In this document: positions 20,997-31,451 of the stretch, one piece after another
Layout: each line of letters starts with the position of its first letter
Numbering within the stretch: position 1 is the stretch's first letter
Source of the DNA: Chamaesiphon sp.
GTDB lineage: Bacteria > Cyanobacteriota > Cyanobacteriia > Cyanobacteriales > Chamaesiphonaceae
Direction of reading: 5' to 3'
Assembly: GCA_965246715.1 (NCBI GenBank)
Contig: CBDFFH010000005.1
Location: 32,001 to 96,000, forward strand
DNA length: 64,000 bases
The notes under the pieces: generated by a model
Seen by the model: the letters and a program-made list of their open reading frames with translations, nothing else
Told to the model about the DNA's origin: nothing
Database searches by the model: none
Made by a program: the position numbers and the translations under genes

Positions 20997-23900
20997 TCAG
21001 GTCTGGGTTGGTCGATCGAGTTGCTCGATCCGCACATCAAAATTCCGATCCTTCATTCTGTCCGCTAACTCATTGGGATCTTGCACCCAAAACTTTTTAC
21101 CAAACTGAACTAACTGATAGCCACTTTCGCCCCGAACGATCGCGTAAACAGGCGTTGCAGCTGTATCATTGCTGGCATACTCTTCCAGCATCGTTTTAAT
21201 CGATTGAGTCAGGATCTCATCATTAGCAACATTAATCGGTAATTCGATTAATACTAAATGTTGAGACTGGGGATCGTCAGTTGCTGGTTTATGCAGGGCA
21301 CTGGGATCGATCGCGATCGCTTCATTGACAATCAATTGTAATTCGTCGTTATCCTTTTTCCGACTAACTTTACCGACTAAAATTGCTGGAGCATTCGGCA
21401 AGAGTAAATCCTTGACTTTTTCATAAGCTTCGGGGAAAGCTACCGCCTCTAATTTACCGCCAGCAATATCGGTGAGTTTGAGAATCGCCATCGACTTACT
21501 ATCTTTTTTAGTCTGCACGATTTTTACCTCAGTCAGCATCACTACGAGTTTAACTTCCTTACAAGTTTTCTCGATCGTCACGATCCGCACGAAGTCAACC
21601 TTTTGAGCTTTGGCAATTTTCTCAGCCTCCTTGAGCGGGTGATCGGAGACATAGACTCCCAAAAGTTCTTGCTCGAATTGCAAGCGTTCTTGCGATGAAA
21701 AATCGCTAACGATCGATGATTTTGGCACGGCTTCAAAGCCGCCTATTTCTGGCTTGGAATCCCCGAAGAGATCGAATAAGTTGCCTTGACCCATGGCCTT
21801 TTCTTTGGCCTTGCTTTGCGACCACGGAATGATGACATCTAGATCGTTAATTAATTGACGGCGATTGCGATCGATATTATCGAATGTACCGCATTGAATC
21901 AGCGATTCTAACGTCCGTTTATTGACTGCTTGTAGGCTAACCCGCTGGCACAGATCGGCAAGCGACTTAAATTCGCCACCTTCTTCGCGGGCGGTGAGAA
22001 TATTCTCGATCGCGGCTTCACCAACATTCTTAATCGCCGATAAACCAAATAGAATATTCAACCGTTTGGGTCGTTCGGGATCGATAACGGGGCGAAATTT
22101 GACATACGATCGATTGATGTCTGGTGGCTCGACTTTAATATCTAAAGTTTGCTCGCAATTATTCAGATATCGGGTAACTTTATCTTGGTCGCCACTATTG
22201 GCTGTTAATAGTGCTGACATGTATTCCGCCGGATAATTAGCCTTGAGAAATGCTGTTTGATAAGTCACATAAGCGTAGGCAGTAGAATGGCTTTTATTAA
22301 AACAATATTCCGCAAATAATACCATCTTATCGAAGAGACTATCTGCGATCGCCAGTTCTACGCCTTTTTTTGCCGCACCATCGAGAAATTTCTCGCGCTG
22401 TTTTTGCATTTCATCGGCTTTCTTTTTACCCATGCACCGCCGGAGGATATCTGCTTCACCGAGCGTATATCCTGCGAGATCTTGGGCAATTTTCATGATC
22501 TGTTCTTGGTAGACGATTACCCCATAGGTTTCATTGAGAATAGTTTCGAGAATTGGATGTTCGTAGGTGATTTCTTCGCGTCCATGTTTGCGATCGATAA
22601 AAATCGGAATCAGTCCCGCATCTAATGGCCCAGGACGATATAGTGCGAGAATCGAAGATAGATCTTCAATACTCGATGGTTTCAATCTGGCAACGACATC
22701 TAACATCCCGGAAGACTCTAATTGAAATACTCCTTCTAGATCCCCAGACTCAACTTGTTTATAAGTTTTCTCGACATTTGGTGGGCGTTTATTTGATGTA
22801 CCTTTTGCTAAGATTTTGTAGGTGCGGCGTTCCTCAAAGGTAATATCATCTGGATCGATGACATCACCTTTAGTTTGAGCGATCGTATCGATCGCATTTT
22901 GGATGATCGTGAGGTTTCTTAGTCCCAGGAAGTCCATTTTGAGTAGACCCATCGAGTCGAGATCTTCCATATAATATTGGGTAATCACCGAGCCGTCATT
23001 ATTCCGTTGTAATGGCACGATCTCATCCAATGGTTGCGCTGAAATTACTACTCCAGCTGCGTGAACGCCGAAGGTTTTGTTCGTACCTTCGATCCGCAGC
23101 GCCATATCGATCCATTGTTTGGCAGTAATTTGTTCGCCAGTTTCGGGATCTTCATATACCGATGATTCGTAAGCAGCTTTAAATTCCGGCGAGGGGGTTT
23201 TATCAGAGATCATCACCGCTAATTTGGCTGGTTTTCCCCGCGCTACGGGGATTAATTTCCCCATCTCATTTGCCGCACCATAGGGAATATTCAACACCCG
23301 CGCGACATCTTTTAATACCGCCTTAGATGTCATCCGGTTGAAGGTAATAATTTGCGCGACACGATCTTTGCCATATTTCTCCGTCACATAATCAATCACT
23401 TCACTTCGGCGCTCGATACAGAAGTCCGTATCGATATCCGGCATCGATTTGCGATCGGGATTGAGAAATCGCTCGAATAATAGACAGTGATGGACGGGAT
23501 CGATGTTGGTAATCTTCATCGCATACGCCACCAACGAACCCGCCGCTGACCCCCGTCCTGGCCCGACCGGAATCAATCGATCGCGGGCAAATTTGATATA
23601 ATCCCAGACAACCAGAAAGTAGGTCGAAAAACCCATCCGATCGATCATTTTCAATTCAAAATCGAGGCGGTCTTGATACTCTTTATCGATATCACCATAG
23701 TTTTTCACCCGCAGCCGCTCTTTCAATCCTTCACGCGAAATATCTTCAACATAAGTAGCTGGAGTATGTCCGGCGGGAATCGGAAATTCCGGAATCTTTG
23801 GTTCGCCGAGAATATTATAAGGTTGAATCTTGTCGGCAACTTCGAGGGTATTGGCGATCGCTTCAGCAATTACATCATCTGGTAAATGATCGCGAAATAA

Positions 23901-24656
23901 TAGTGCCATCTCCTCCGCAGATTTGAGATATTCATTGCCGCTGTACCGCATCCGTTTATCTTCGCGGATCAGTTGCCCCGTCTGGATGCAGAGCAATGCG
24001 TCGTGCGCTTCGACATCGTAACAAGAGACAAAGTGAGAGTCATTAGTCGCAATGATTTTAATCCCTAATTCGCGCGCGATTCTGACGATCTCGACATTCA
24101 CCACCCGATCTTCTTTCAGCCCATGATCCTGGAGTTCTAGGTAGTAATCATCACCAAACCGATCCTGATACCATTTTGCAACTTTTCGCGCCGCGTCAGG
24201 TCTACCAGCCATAATTGCCTGCGGCACTTCGCCACCCAAGCACGCACTAGTAATAATTAGCCCTTCTTTATACTTCTCGATATATTCTTTATTAATACAG
24301 GGACGTGCAAAGATCCCCCGCCCTTGGAAGCCTTCGAGGTGCGATATCGTGGTTAATTTAACTAAGTTGCGATAACCTTGGGTATTTTTCGCCAGAATAA
24401 CTTGGTGAAACTTCTGATACCGCTTCTGCTGCGTGAAGTCACCATTGATCACATACATCTCATTACCGATAATCGGCTTGACATTGCGCGTGCGACAGAC
24501 TTTGATTAATTCGATCGCCCCATACATTACACCATGATCCGTCAACGCGATCGCGGGCATCCCCAATTCTACCGCTCGATCGACCAAATTGGGCAACTGA
24601 CTAGCACCATCGAGCAGGCTGTAGTCGCTGTGCATGTGCAAACCAACAAAGGACAT
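20997..24656 (-). CDS. dnaE: DNA polymerase III alpha subunit, full length and intein-free
   Basis: PHP ([13 protein letters not shown]), [33 protein letters not shown]-terminal OB fold, all in one 1219-aa ORF. Confidence 0.98.
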   Translation of the reverse strand: MSFVGLHMHSDYSLLDGASQLPNLVDRAVELGMPAIALTDHGVMYGAIELIKVCRTRNVKPIIGNEMYVINGDFTQQKRYQKFHQVILAKNTQGYRNLVKLTTISHLEGFQGRGIFARPCINKEYIEKYKEGLIITSACLGGEVPQAIMAGRPDAARKVAKWYQDRFGDDYYLELQDHGLKEDRVVNVEIVRIARELGIKIIATNDSHFVSCYDVEAHDALLCIQTGQLIREDKRMRYSGNEYLKSAEEMALLFRDHLPDDVIAEAIANTLEVADKIQPYNILGEPKIPEFPIPAGHTPATYVEDISREGLKERLRVKNYGDIDKEYQDRLDFELKMIDRMGFSTYFLVVWDYIKFARDRLIPVGPGRGSAAGSLVAYAMKITNIDPVHHCLLFERFLNPDRKSMPDIDTDFCIERRSEVIDYVTEKYGKDRVAQIITFNRMTSKAVLKDVARVLNIPYGAANEMGKLIPVARGKPAKLAVMISDKTPSPEFKAAYESSVYEDPETGEQITAKQWIDMALRIEGTNKTFGVHAAGVVISAQPLDEIVPLQRNNDGSVITQYYMEDLDSMGLLKMDFLGLRNLTIIQNAIDTIAQTKGDVIDPDDITFEERRTYKILAKGTSNKRPPNVEKTYKQVESGDLEGVFQLESSGMLDVVARLKPSSIEDLSSILALYRPGPLDAGLIPIFIDRKHGREEITYEHPILETILNETYGVIVYQEQIMKIAQDLAGYTLGEADILRRCMGKKKADEMQKQREKFLDGAAKKGVELAIADSLFDKMVLFAEYCFNKSHSTAYAYVTYQTAFLKANYPAEYMSALLTANSGDQDKVTRYLNNCEQTLDIKVEPPDINRSYVKFRPVIDPERPKRLNILFGLSAIKNVGEAAIENILTAREEGGEFKSLADLCQRVSLQAVNKRTLESLIQCGTFDNIDRNRRQLINDLDVIIPWSQSKAKEKAMGQGNLFDLFGDSKPEIGGFEAVPKSSIVSDFSSQERLQFEQELLGVYVSDHPLKEAEKIAKAQKVDFVRIVTIEKTCKEVKLVVMLTEVKIVQTKKDSKSMAILKLTDIAGGKLEAVAFPEAYEKVKDLLLPNAPAILVGKVSRKKDNDELQLIVNEAIAIDPSALHKPATDDPQSQHLVLIELPINVANDEILTQSIKTMLEEYASNDTAATPVYAIVRGESGYQLVQFGKKFWVQDPNELADRMKDRNFDVRIEQLDRPTQT

Positions 24657-25110
24657 AGGGCAATACTTAACTTAGTGGCATGCAATATTATAATACCCTT
24701 TTTATAGTATTTTTGCACTATTTTTGTGGATAAGCTGAAAAGTTAATCTTGGATGCTACTGGTTGAGTTACTGCGGACGAGCAAAACCAGAAAAATAATT
24801 GCTACGCGGATTGCATTACTAACACTACTCGGGAAGCGTCTGCCTTAGCAGAGGGCGGAACTGGAACGAAGCAAATATCCTTAATCCGTTGGCGTGGCCT
24901 TTGCGCTAGAAGAACCTAACATTAAATTTGGCCAGTTCAACAACTGTCCATTTGCAACCCGGATCGACATTTATCTAAGGTAAAATCGCGACCCTGAGCC
25001 AGTTAAAAAACTGTCTATTTTGGAGCGCGATCGAGATGTACTCACTTTAATATTGAGATATCGAAATAAATAAATTGGTTGTCAACTACTGACACCAGGA
25101 GCTAATTAAT

Positions 25111-25389
25111 ATGCAACAGATGGTTTCTCAAAAAGATAGTAACGCGTGGATTTTTCAAACTTGGGCGGCATTTATACTCTCGATCGGCATGACAACTACT
25201 GGCATTATTTATCTACCTGTAGATGTGTGGGTCAAAGGTTTTATGGGGATGGGTTTAGGTTTCTCAGTTGGTTCGACATTTAGCTTGGCAAAGACTCAAA
25301 GAGATCTTCACGAATCAACAAGGCTAACCTCGAAAATTGAAGAAGCAAAGGTGGAGCAAATTTTATCTCAGCATGGTGGTTTGAAATAA
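25111..25389 (+). CDS. YiaA/YiaB two-helix membrane protein
   Basis: AWIFQTWAAF, KGFMGMG, FSLAKT.RD.HE. Confidence 0.8.
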   Translation: MQQMVSQKDSNAWIFQTWAAFILSIGMTTTGIIYLPVDVWVKGFMGMGLGFSVGSTFSLAKTQRDLHESTRLTSKIEEAKVEQILSQHGGLK

Positions 25390-25410
25390 AGATTAGTAGA
25401 CGTATTAGAT

Positions 25411-25431
25411 GTAGGGTGGGCAATGCCCACC
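25411..25431. repeat. GTAG-family REP
   Basis: GTAGGGTGGGCAaTGCCCACC; a partial copy lies near 42040. Confidence 0.7.
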
Positions 25432-25458
25432 ACTCAATATTCGCAATATTTCAAGTTG

Positions 25459-25854
25459 ATGAAACACTCATCCAAAAAATTGATTGACTGCCTATTTCTA
25501 ATATCTATATTTACTTCAGCCTGTTCGCTCGCACCGAACAATGGTATCCAACTACGCAAACATTCAGAGGAGATGAAAAGTGAGGTCAAACACTTTATTC
25601 CCATAGATATGCCAATCACCAAGGCAAAAAAAATCTTAGAGGATAGCCAGTTTAGCTGTAAGGACGATAAGAATTCCGAGTTTTCTCTCGAAACAAGGGA
25701 TGTACATGAACAGTCCGTAAGTCAGGATATTATTCAAGGAGATTTTCTTTCATGTAGCACTACTCATTTCCTCAGAACTTGGGCGGTTGTTATTCTATAT
25801 AAAAGTAATAAAGTTACCTTAGCTTATGCTGTAATAAATGACCTGAATTTCTAG
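25459..25854 (+). CDS. Hypothetical lipoprotein
   Basis: MKHSSKK plus a hydrophobic stretch and lipobox-like TSAC. The track's ATG (25423) lies inside the REP. Confidence 0.6.
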   Translation: MKHSSKKLIDCLFLISIFTSACSLAPNNGIQLRKHSEEMKSEVKHFIPIDMPITKAKKILEDSQFSCKDDKNSEFSLETRDVHEQSVSQDIIQGDFLSCSTTHFLRTWAVVILYKSNKVTLAYAVINDLNF

Positions 25855-25901
25855 CTTGTTAGACATATTCTAAGATTGACATGGCGTTCGCTCCTGAATT
25901 T

Positions 25902-26618
25902 CTATGATTTCTTATCTCCTACCAACTCATCTAACTTAGCCCGAATTGCTTGAATATCTTGCCACATCAACCACTTCGGTTTACCCACTGCCGGATCGGG
26001 ATTGCGTAATAAATATGCTGGGTGGAAAATCGGCATACACCATCGTCCTTCCCACTCGATCCAAGTCCCGCGAATTTTGGTAATCCCATCCTTTTTACCA
26101 GTAATTGCGCGTACCGCCGTCGCACCTGTCAGTAAAATAATTTTCGGATCTACCAACCGAATTTGTTCGAGTAAATACGGTTTGCAAGCGGTAACTTCTA
26201 CCGGAGTTGGTACGCGGTTTTCGGGCGGACGACAGCGGACGACATTGCAGATATACACATCTCGATCGACACTTAGTTTAACAGCAGCGAGAATTTTTTC
26301 TAGCAATTGACCCGATCGACCGACAAATGGTAAACCCTGTTCGTCCTCATTTTGCCCTGGCCCTTCACCGACAATCAGGATCGGTGCTCGTTCGTTTCCT
26401 CTACCGACTACGGCATTAATCCGCGTATTGCCCAATTCGCAGCGATGGCACACCTGACAATGACTGGCAAGTTGAGCGATACTGGTATACGTTCCCGCTG
26501 GAATCGGGATCCCACTCATCGTCGGAATCAGGTCGAAATCGCTAGCTAGGTTGGATGCTAACGGCGAACTGGTTGCTAGCTGGCTGAAAAGGCTCAATTG
26601 GTCTTCTGAGGACATCAT
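25902..26618 (-). CDS. udg: Uracil-DNA glycosylase family 4 (4Fe-4S)
   Basis: CxxC (CHRC), GEGPG, PFVGRSG, CRPPENR, HPAYLLR. Confidence 0.92.
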   Translation of the reverse strand: MMSSEDQLSLFSQLATSSPLASNLASDFDLIPTMSGIPIPAGTYTSIAQLASHCQVCHRCELGNTRINAVVGRGNERAPILIVGEGPGQNEDEQGLPFVGRSGQLLEKILAAVKLSVDRDVYICNVVRCRPPENRVPTPVEVTACKPYLLEQIRLVDPKIILLTGATAVRAITGKKDGITKIRGTWIEWEGRWCMPIFHPAYLLRNPDPAVGKPKWLMWQDIQAIRAKLDELVGDKKS

Positions 26619-26787
26619 GCGATCGACTCAAACTATTAAATTAATGATATTACCGAACGAAGTTAAGCTGCAAAAGCCGTAAGAAAGTTTGTAGCTTGGA
26701 GCTGGTTGTCTCATCTGTTCGAGATCCGCACTCAGATGAGCGATCGCTCGAACAAACTCATCTAGTCCTTTATCTCTTTCTATTATT

Positions 26788-27450
26788 ATGCGTATTGCTA
26801 ATTTGCGCCGCTTTAATTTAGACGCTCTGATCGTGCTCAAAGGGGTGCTGTCGTTGGTGAAAGATCCCACCCAAACAGAATCTGTCTATGATATCGAAGA
26901 TGGCATGAAACAGAGTGAGGCAATGAAAGTTGCCACCAAATATATGCTGGCACAGCCGGAAATCGCGGCGCTAGCGCAAGAAAAATACCTAGCACCCATT
27001 CCCGATATCCCGCAGCTATTGCAATTCCCCACAGACTCGCTAGGTCATGCCTACGCTACTTATATTAATACGTCTGGCTTCGATCCGGCTTTTTATCGAT
27101 CGATGTCGATCGACGATGATACCAGCTATCTCTTGCTCCGCTTGCGGCAAACTCACGATATCTGGCATGTCGTGACGGGTTTCTCGACGGATGTACCTGG
27201 AGAGTTGGGACTCAAAGCATTTGAATTAGCCCAAACGCGGCGCACGATGGCGGGAATTTTGATGGCTGGCGGTTTCCTCAAATGTTTGCTTCAGACACCA
27301 GCAGAACTCGATACATTACTCGATCGGATCGCACATGGATATCGCACTGGCACTCAGGCGAAATCGCTATTAGCGCAAAAGTGGGAAGAAAATTGGGAGA
27401 AACCTTTAACTCAATGGCGATCGGAATTAGGGCTAGCTACAAATAGTTAA
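26788..27450 (+). CDS. Coq4-family protein
   Basis: SLG..Y, R.RQTHDIWHVVTGF...GE, WEE.WE. Confidence 0.85.
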   Translation: MRIANLRRFNLDALIVLKGVLSLVKDPTQTESVYDIEDGMKQSEAMKVATKYMLAQPEIAALAQEKYLAPIPDIPQLLQFPTDSLGHAYATYINTSGFDPAFYRSMSIDDDTSYLLLRLRQTHDIWHVVTGFSTDVPGELGLKAFELAQTRRTMAGILMAGGFLKCLLQTPAELDTLLDRIAHGYRTGTQAKSLLAQKWEENWEKPLTQWRSELGLATNS

Positions 27451-27495
27451 ACGCTAGGGGAATCATTTTGTACTGCCAATCCCACACTAAACGCG

Positions 27496-27780
27496 TCAAT
27501 CGATTCCCGATCTGGGCGACTTTTTGGGAAATAAATTGGTCATGCTCAGTCCGGTAACGAGCATCGCGAGCAATCCCATACCATTGAGAATTGGATAGAT
27601 CTTCTCTAGATGAAACAATTCGCCATTATGGAGACCAAGGAGAAAACTCCGAGAAATACCGAAGTCGAGTTTCCATTCTGCGACAGTCGTTACCAGCATT
27701 CCGGTAATTGTCGTGAGGATCAGCGGTAAGGCTACGATCCCAGCTAACAAGCGGTGATATTTCCGAAAAGTTCGTTTCAT
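27496..27780 (-). CDS. PepSY-associated TM helix protein
   Basis: RKYHR.L...PL.LT.ITG, LH.GE, TGL. Confidence 0.75.
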   Translation of the reverse strand: MKRTFRKYHRLLAGIVALPLILTTITGMLVTTVAEWKLDFGISRSFLLGLHNGELFHLEKIYPILNGMGLLAMLVTGLSMTNLFPKKSPRSGID

Positions 27781-27834
27781 AGGGTAAATGAGGAATGGGG
27801 GATCGGTAAGCGCAGATCCTACTGATGTTCGGGA

Positions 27835-28260
27835 TTAGGGCTTTATTGCCGATGCAACAGCACCACCAAAAGATTTTAAGGCATCTAATGCTTTAGTTTT
27901 GTCTGAAGAATTCACAGCTTTTTTGACATTTTTCATGCTGGTTTCGATCGCATCGTATATAGCCGGAGATTTGGCTTTGACATCATCTTCAACTTTCGAC
28001 CAATAGCCTTCAAATTTAGCCATTTCTGTTTTTGCTTTAGCAAAATCTCCAGTTTCGACAGCCGCTTTGGTAGCGGAGATCGCACCAGTTAAGCCCGTAA
28101 ATCCAGCGACCGCACCACTTGCTTTGTTCTTGACCGTGCTTGCGAGATCTGTTGCTGCTTTACCCGCTGTCTCCACGTTAGCGGAGTTATTGGCGGTATT
28201 GCAAGCAGTCAGGGCTAGCATCCCGATCGCCGCCATTGTCAATAGTTGGAACCGAATCAT
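27835..28260 (-). CDS. Helical lipoprotein (DUF4363-like)
   Basis: Lipobox LTAC; GDFAKAK..F...WSKVED.VK. Confidence 0.65.
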   Translation of the reverse strand: MIRFQLLTMAAIGMLALTACNTANNSANVETAGKAATDLASTVKNKASGAVAGFTGLTGAISATKAAVETGDFAKAKTEMAKFEGYWSKVEDDVKAKSPAIYDAIETSMKNVKKAVNSSDKTKALDALKSFGGAVASAIKP

Positions 28261-28541
28261 GAAAACTCCTTAAAGATTTTACTAGTTATCGTTACCGATC
28301 GCGGGTCATTGCAGCTTGACCTACTCCTCCTCTTCCCCATCTGAGTATCGCAATTATGACATACCTGAGAAGTGTAATCTTTACTCACCTCAAAATATCT
28401 GCCTTGCTTTGAACAAACTTAAGACAAGACCGAAATAAATTTGCCAAAGCCAGTATTCAAAAGTATCTCTAATAAATATTCCTCGATCGAAGACGCGAAA
28501 ATCGAGATCTTCAACAAATGCCATTTGGAGGAGACAGATAT

Positions 28542-30236
28542 CTAACCCCGCAGGGCAGCTACAATTACAGCTGGCAAATTTTGCCAAGTGGGATAGGCTT
28601 CAAATTTAAGTAAATGCTTGGCCATACTTAATAAATTTTTGTGGGTGGCAAACCAGGCTGGGGTGGGGAAAATCCGAAATGGGGCGTAGACGATCGATTT
28701 TTGGGGTCGATCGAATAAATAGGTATTATGGACGCAACCGATACCGGAACCGATGTCACTGAGCGTATTCCCAGGATAGGCACCCCAAGTTGTCGAACCA
28801 AAATAGAATAACATTGCCGACCAGATATTTACCCCGATCGCACCATACTTCAGATTCGCGATCGCACGATCTACTTCTTGAGGGTATTGTCGCTGAGTGC
28901 GATCGTCGATTAATACCGTACAGGAAAGCGTCCCCCACAAGCGATCGTTGGCAAATTCCACCGCTTTAACGAGAAAATCGGGTGCGGTTGAGGACTCGAT
29001 CGCGACTTCGGCTAAGATGCCGCAAAATGCCTCTTCAGTTAGGGCATATTCGCCCGCTACAGGCGGTACATTCGGAATTAGCGTCCAGGGGACAATCTCT
29101 GGGGTCTGCGCCCCTAGCGGCTCGGATTGGGGATACCTGTCGAGAAACGATCGGTAGCGCTCTTGGGCACCAGGATAGTAGGCTTGACGTGGGGGAATGG
29201 TGGCTAATTCCCATCTGACTGCGGCTAAAAATTCATCCCGTTGCATCCAACCGGAGGCGGTGACTAGTACTTGTCCTGACGCACAATTGAAACTAGCATT
29301 ATGGGCGATCGTACTGGCAACCTGACGCGCTTGGAAGGTAAGATCGGATTGCGACCAGTTGCCAGGTACGACGAGAATCGGCGTAACACAGCCGAGTTCG
29401 GAGGTGATGGGTTTAGTAATGCGGGGATTGTTGGTTGTTTTCCGATCCTGTTGTTCGATCGGATTTGTCCCCCACACGATCGCATCGTGAGTGCGATGAG
29501 AACCAGTGATATGGATTGCTTCTATTTGCGGGTGTTGGCACAGATATTCGCCGACTTCGGCACCACCATAAACAATGCGCAAGAAGCCATCCCGCACCAG
29601 CGGCGCGAAGGCTCGAGCTAGATACTCGCCCACATAGGCATTGACAGGATTCATCTTCACGATCGCAACTTGGTTTTCGCTAAATAGCTTCGAGAGGACA
29701 TCCATTGCCACAATTGCCGATACATTGCCCGCACCGAGAATCAGTGCGACTTTGCCAGGAGTCGGTTCGCGATAAATATGTCCTTGTGTGAGTGTGGCTC
29801 CTGGTTCGAGCCATACTTCACCCCGATAGCCCAACCACAATATTCGATCGATTAAATTTGCTGGTAATACCTGCGCGACAATCTGGCCGTTCTCGCGGCG
29901 ATCGATTTTAGGTGGCTTTAGTTGTCCGTTAGCTCCGTTAGCTTGGAGTGATGTCATCAACAATCGCAGATTGCGAACGGTAGAAATCGGCCCAGCAACC
30001 CATTCCTCACCTGCTAAAACTGCTTGGGGATCGATTCCTTTTGCCTGACATGCTGCGTTCGTCCATGATTCGGCAACTGAGATCGTGAGATCGAGGCAGT
30101 CTTGAAGATATGCTAATCGTTGCGGAATGCTAACTTGCGCCCACTTATCACGATGGTTGTGCAGATCGGCAATTGCCAGATCGATCGTGCCAAAGTCTGT
30201 TGCTGCGGGGGTGGTAGCTGTAGAGATTGCGGTCAT
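28542..30236 (-). CDS. Aldehyde dehydrogenase family protein
   Basis: LGAGN, KMNPVN, HITGS, SELGC (catalytic Glu), SFNC (catalytic Cys), EAF. Confidence 0.88.
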   Translation of the reverse strand: MTAISTATTPAATDFGTIDLAIADLHNHRDKWAQVSIPQRLAYLQDCLDLTISVAESWTNAACQAKGIDPQAVLAGEEWVAGPISTVRNLRLLMTSLQANGANGQLKPPKIDRRENGQIVAQVLPANLIDRILWLGYRGEVWLEPGATLTQGHIYREPTPGKVALILGAGNVSAIVAMDVLSKLFSENQVAIVKMNPVNAYVGEYLARAFAPLVRDGFLRIVYGGAEVGEYLCQHPQIEAIHITGSHRTHDAIVWGTNPIEQQDRKTTNNPRITKPITSELGCVTPILVVPGNWSQSDLTFQARQVASTIAHNASFNCASGQVLVTASGWMQRDEFLAAVRWELATIPPRQAYYPGAQERYRSFLDRYPQSEPLGAQTPEIVPWTLIPNVPPVAGEYALTEEAFCGILAEVAIESSTAPDFLVKAVEFANDRLWGTLSCTVLIDDRTQRQYPQEVDRAIANLKYGAIGVNIWSAMLFYFGSTTWGAYPGNTLSDIGSGIGCVHNTYLFDRPQKSIVYAPFRIFPTPAWFATHKNLLSMAKHLLKFEAYPTWQNLPAVIVAALRG

Positions 30237-30437
30237 TGATGATACCCTCCCGATGGGTTGCTTTTATTATAGGTATGTCGATCGAATTTAAGCGGATGTT
30301 AACAAGGGTAGACTTCAATCCCCTATTCCCTAAAAAAAGGGGAAATTTAGATCTAGGCTCGTAACAAATAAAATTTAGCTAGCATTTTCCGATCGGCAAA
30401 CTACGTTAAAACTGGAGTAGAGCATAATTACCGTTAT

Positions 30438-31451
30438 ATGATTCAGTCCCCATTGACTAACGAACAGATCGATCTCCCCGTTACACCATTTAACCGTAAG
30501 CTCGATGCACTGCTGACCAAAAAATCGATCGCGACGCTTCAAGTCAATCTGGGCAAACGGTGTAACCTCGCTTGCAGTCATTGTCACGTCGAAGCAAGTC
30601 CTCACCGTACCGAAGAGATGTCGGCGGAAGTTTGCGATCGAGTTATCGAACTCATCCAGAAATTTCCCCAATTACAAACTGTCGATCTGACTGGCGGCGC
30701 GCCGGAAATGCTCTATGGGTTTAAACCGATTGTGACTGCGGCAATCGCTCATGGTAAGCAGGTAATCGTGCGGTCTAATCTCACGATCTATTTCGTTCCT
30801 GGTTATGAAGACATCCCAGCATATTGTGCCCAAAATCGGGTGCGAATTGTCGCTTCGTTACCGTGTTATCTGGCCGATAACGTCGATAAAATGCGCGGTA
30901 AGGGCGTATTCGATGATTCGATTCGGGGATTGCAATTATTAAATCAGCTGGGTTATGGTCGCCATCCTGACCTACAAATCGACTTAGTTTATAATCCACC
31001 GATTCCGACCTCTATAAATTTTAGATTGACCCCTGACCAAGTAGCCCTCGAACGGGATTATAAACTATTTCTTAAAGAACATTTTGATGTAGATTTTAAT
31101 CACCTATTTACGATTACCAATCTCCCGATCGGTCGGACTAAGTTTCAATTAGAACACCATCAGCTTCACAAGCCTTATCTCCAGTTCTTGGAATCGCATT
31201 TCAATCAAAGTACTGTGCCGCAATTAATGTGTCGCGACCAACTCTCGATCGATTATCTCGGGAATATTTACGATTGCGACTTCAATCAAATGGCAAATTT
31301 ACCCGCCACAACCCCAACGGGAGAGCCATTAACTATCGCTAAATTATTAGCAGCTGGTACGCTAGACGCAATCGGGGAAATTCAGACAGAAACTTATTGC
31401 TATGGTTGTACGGCTGGTAGTGGTTCTAGTTGTGGTGGGGCGCTAGTGTGA
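30438..31451 (+). CDS. arsS: Arsenosugar biosynthesis radical SAM protein (TIGR04167-type)
   Basis: QVNLGKRCNLACSHCH, DLTGGAPE, YDCDFNQ, C-terminal CYGCTAGSGSSCGG. Confidence 0.9.
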   Translation: MIQSPLTNEQIDLPVTPFNRKLDALLTKKSIATLQVNLGKRCNLACSHCHVEASPHRTEEMSAEVCDRVIELIQKFPQLQTVDLTGGAPEMLYGFKPIVTAAIAHGKQVIVRSNLTIYFVPGYEDIPAYCAQNRVRIVASLPCYLADNVDKMRGKGVFDDSIRGLQLLNQLGYGRHPDLQIDLVYNPPIPTSINFRLTPDQVALERDYKLFLKEHFDVDFNHLFTITNLPIGRTKFQLEHHQLHKPYLQFLESHFNQSTVPQLMCRDQLSIDYLGNIYDCDFNQMANLPATTPTGEPLTIAKLLAAGTLDAIGEIQTETYCYGCTAGSGSSCGGALV

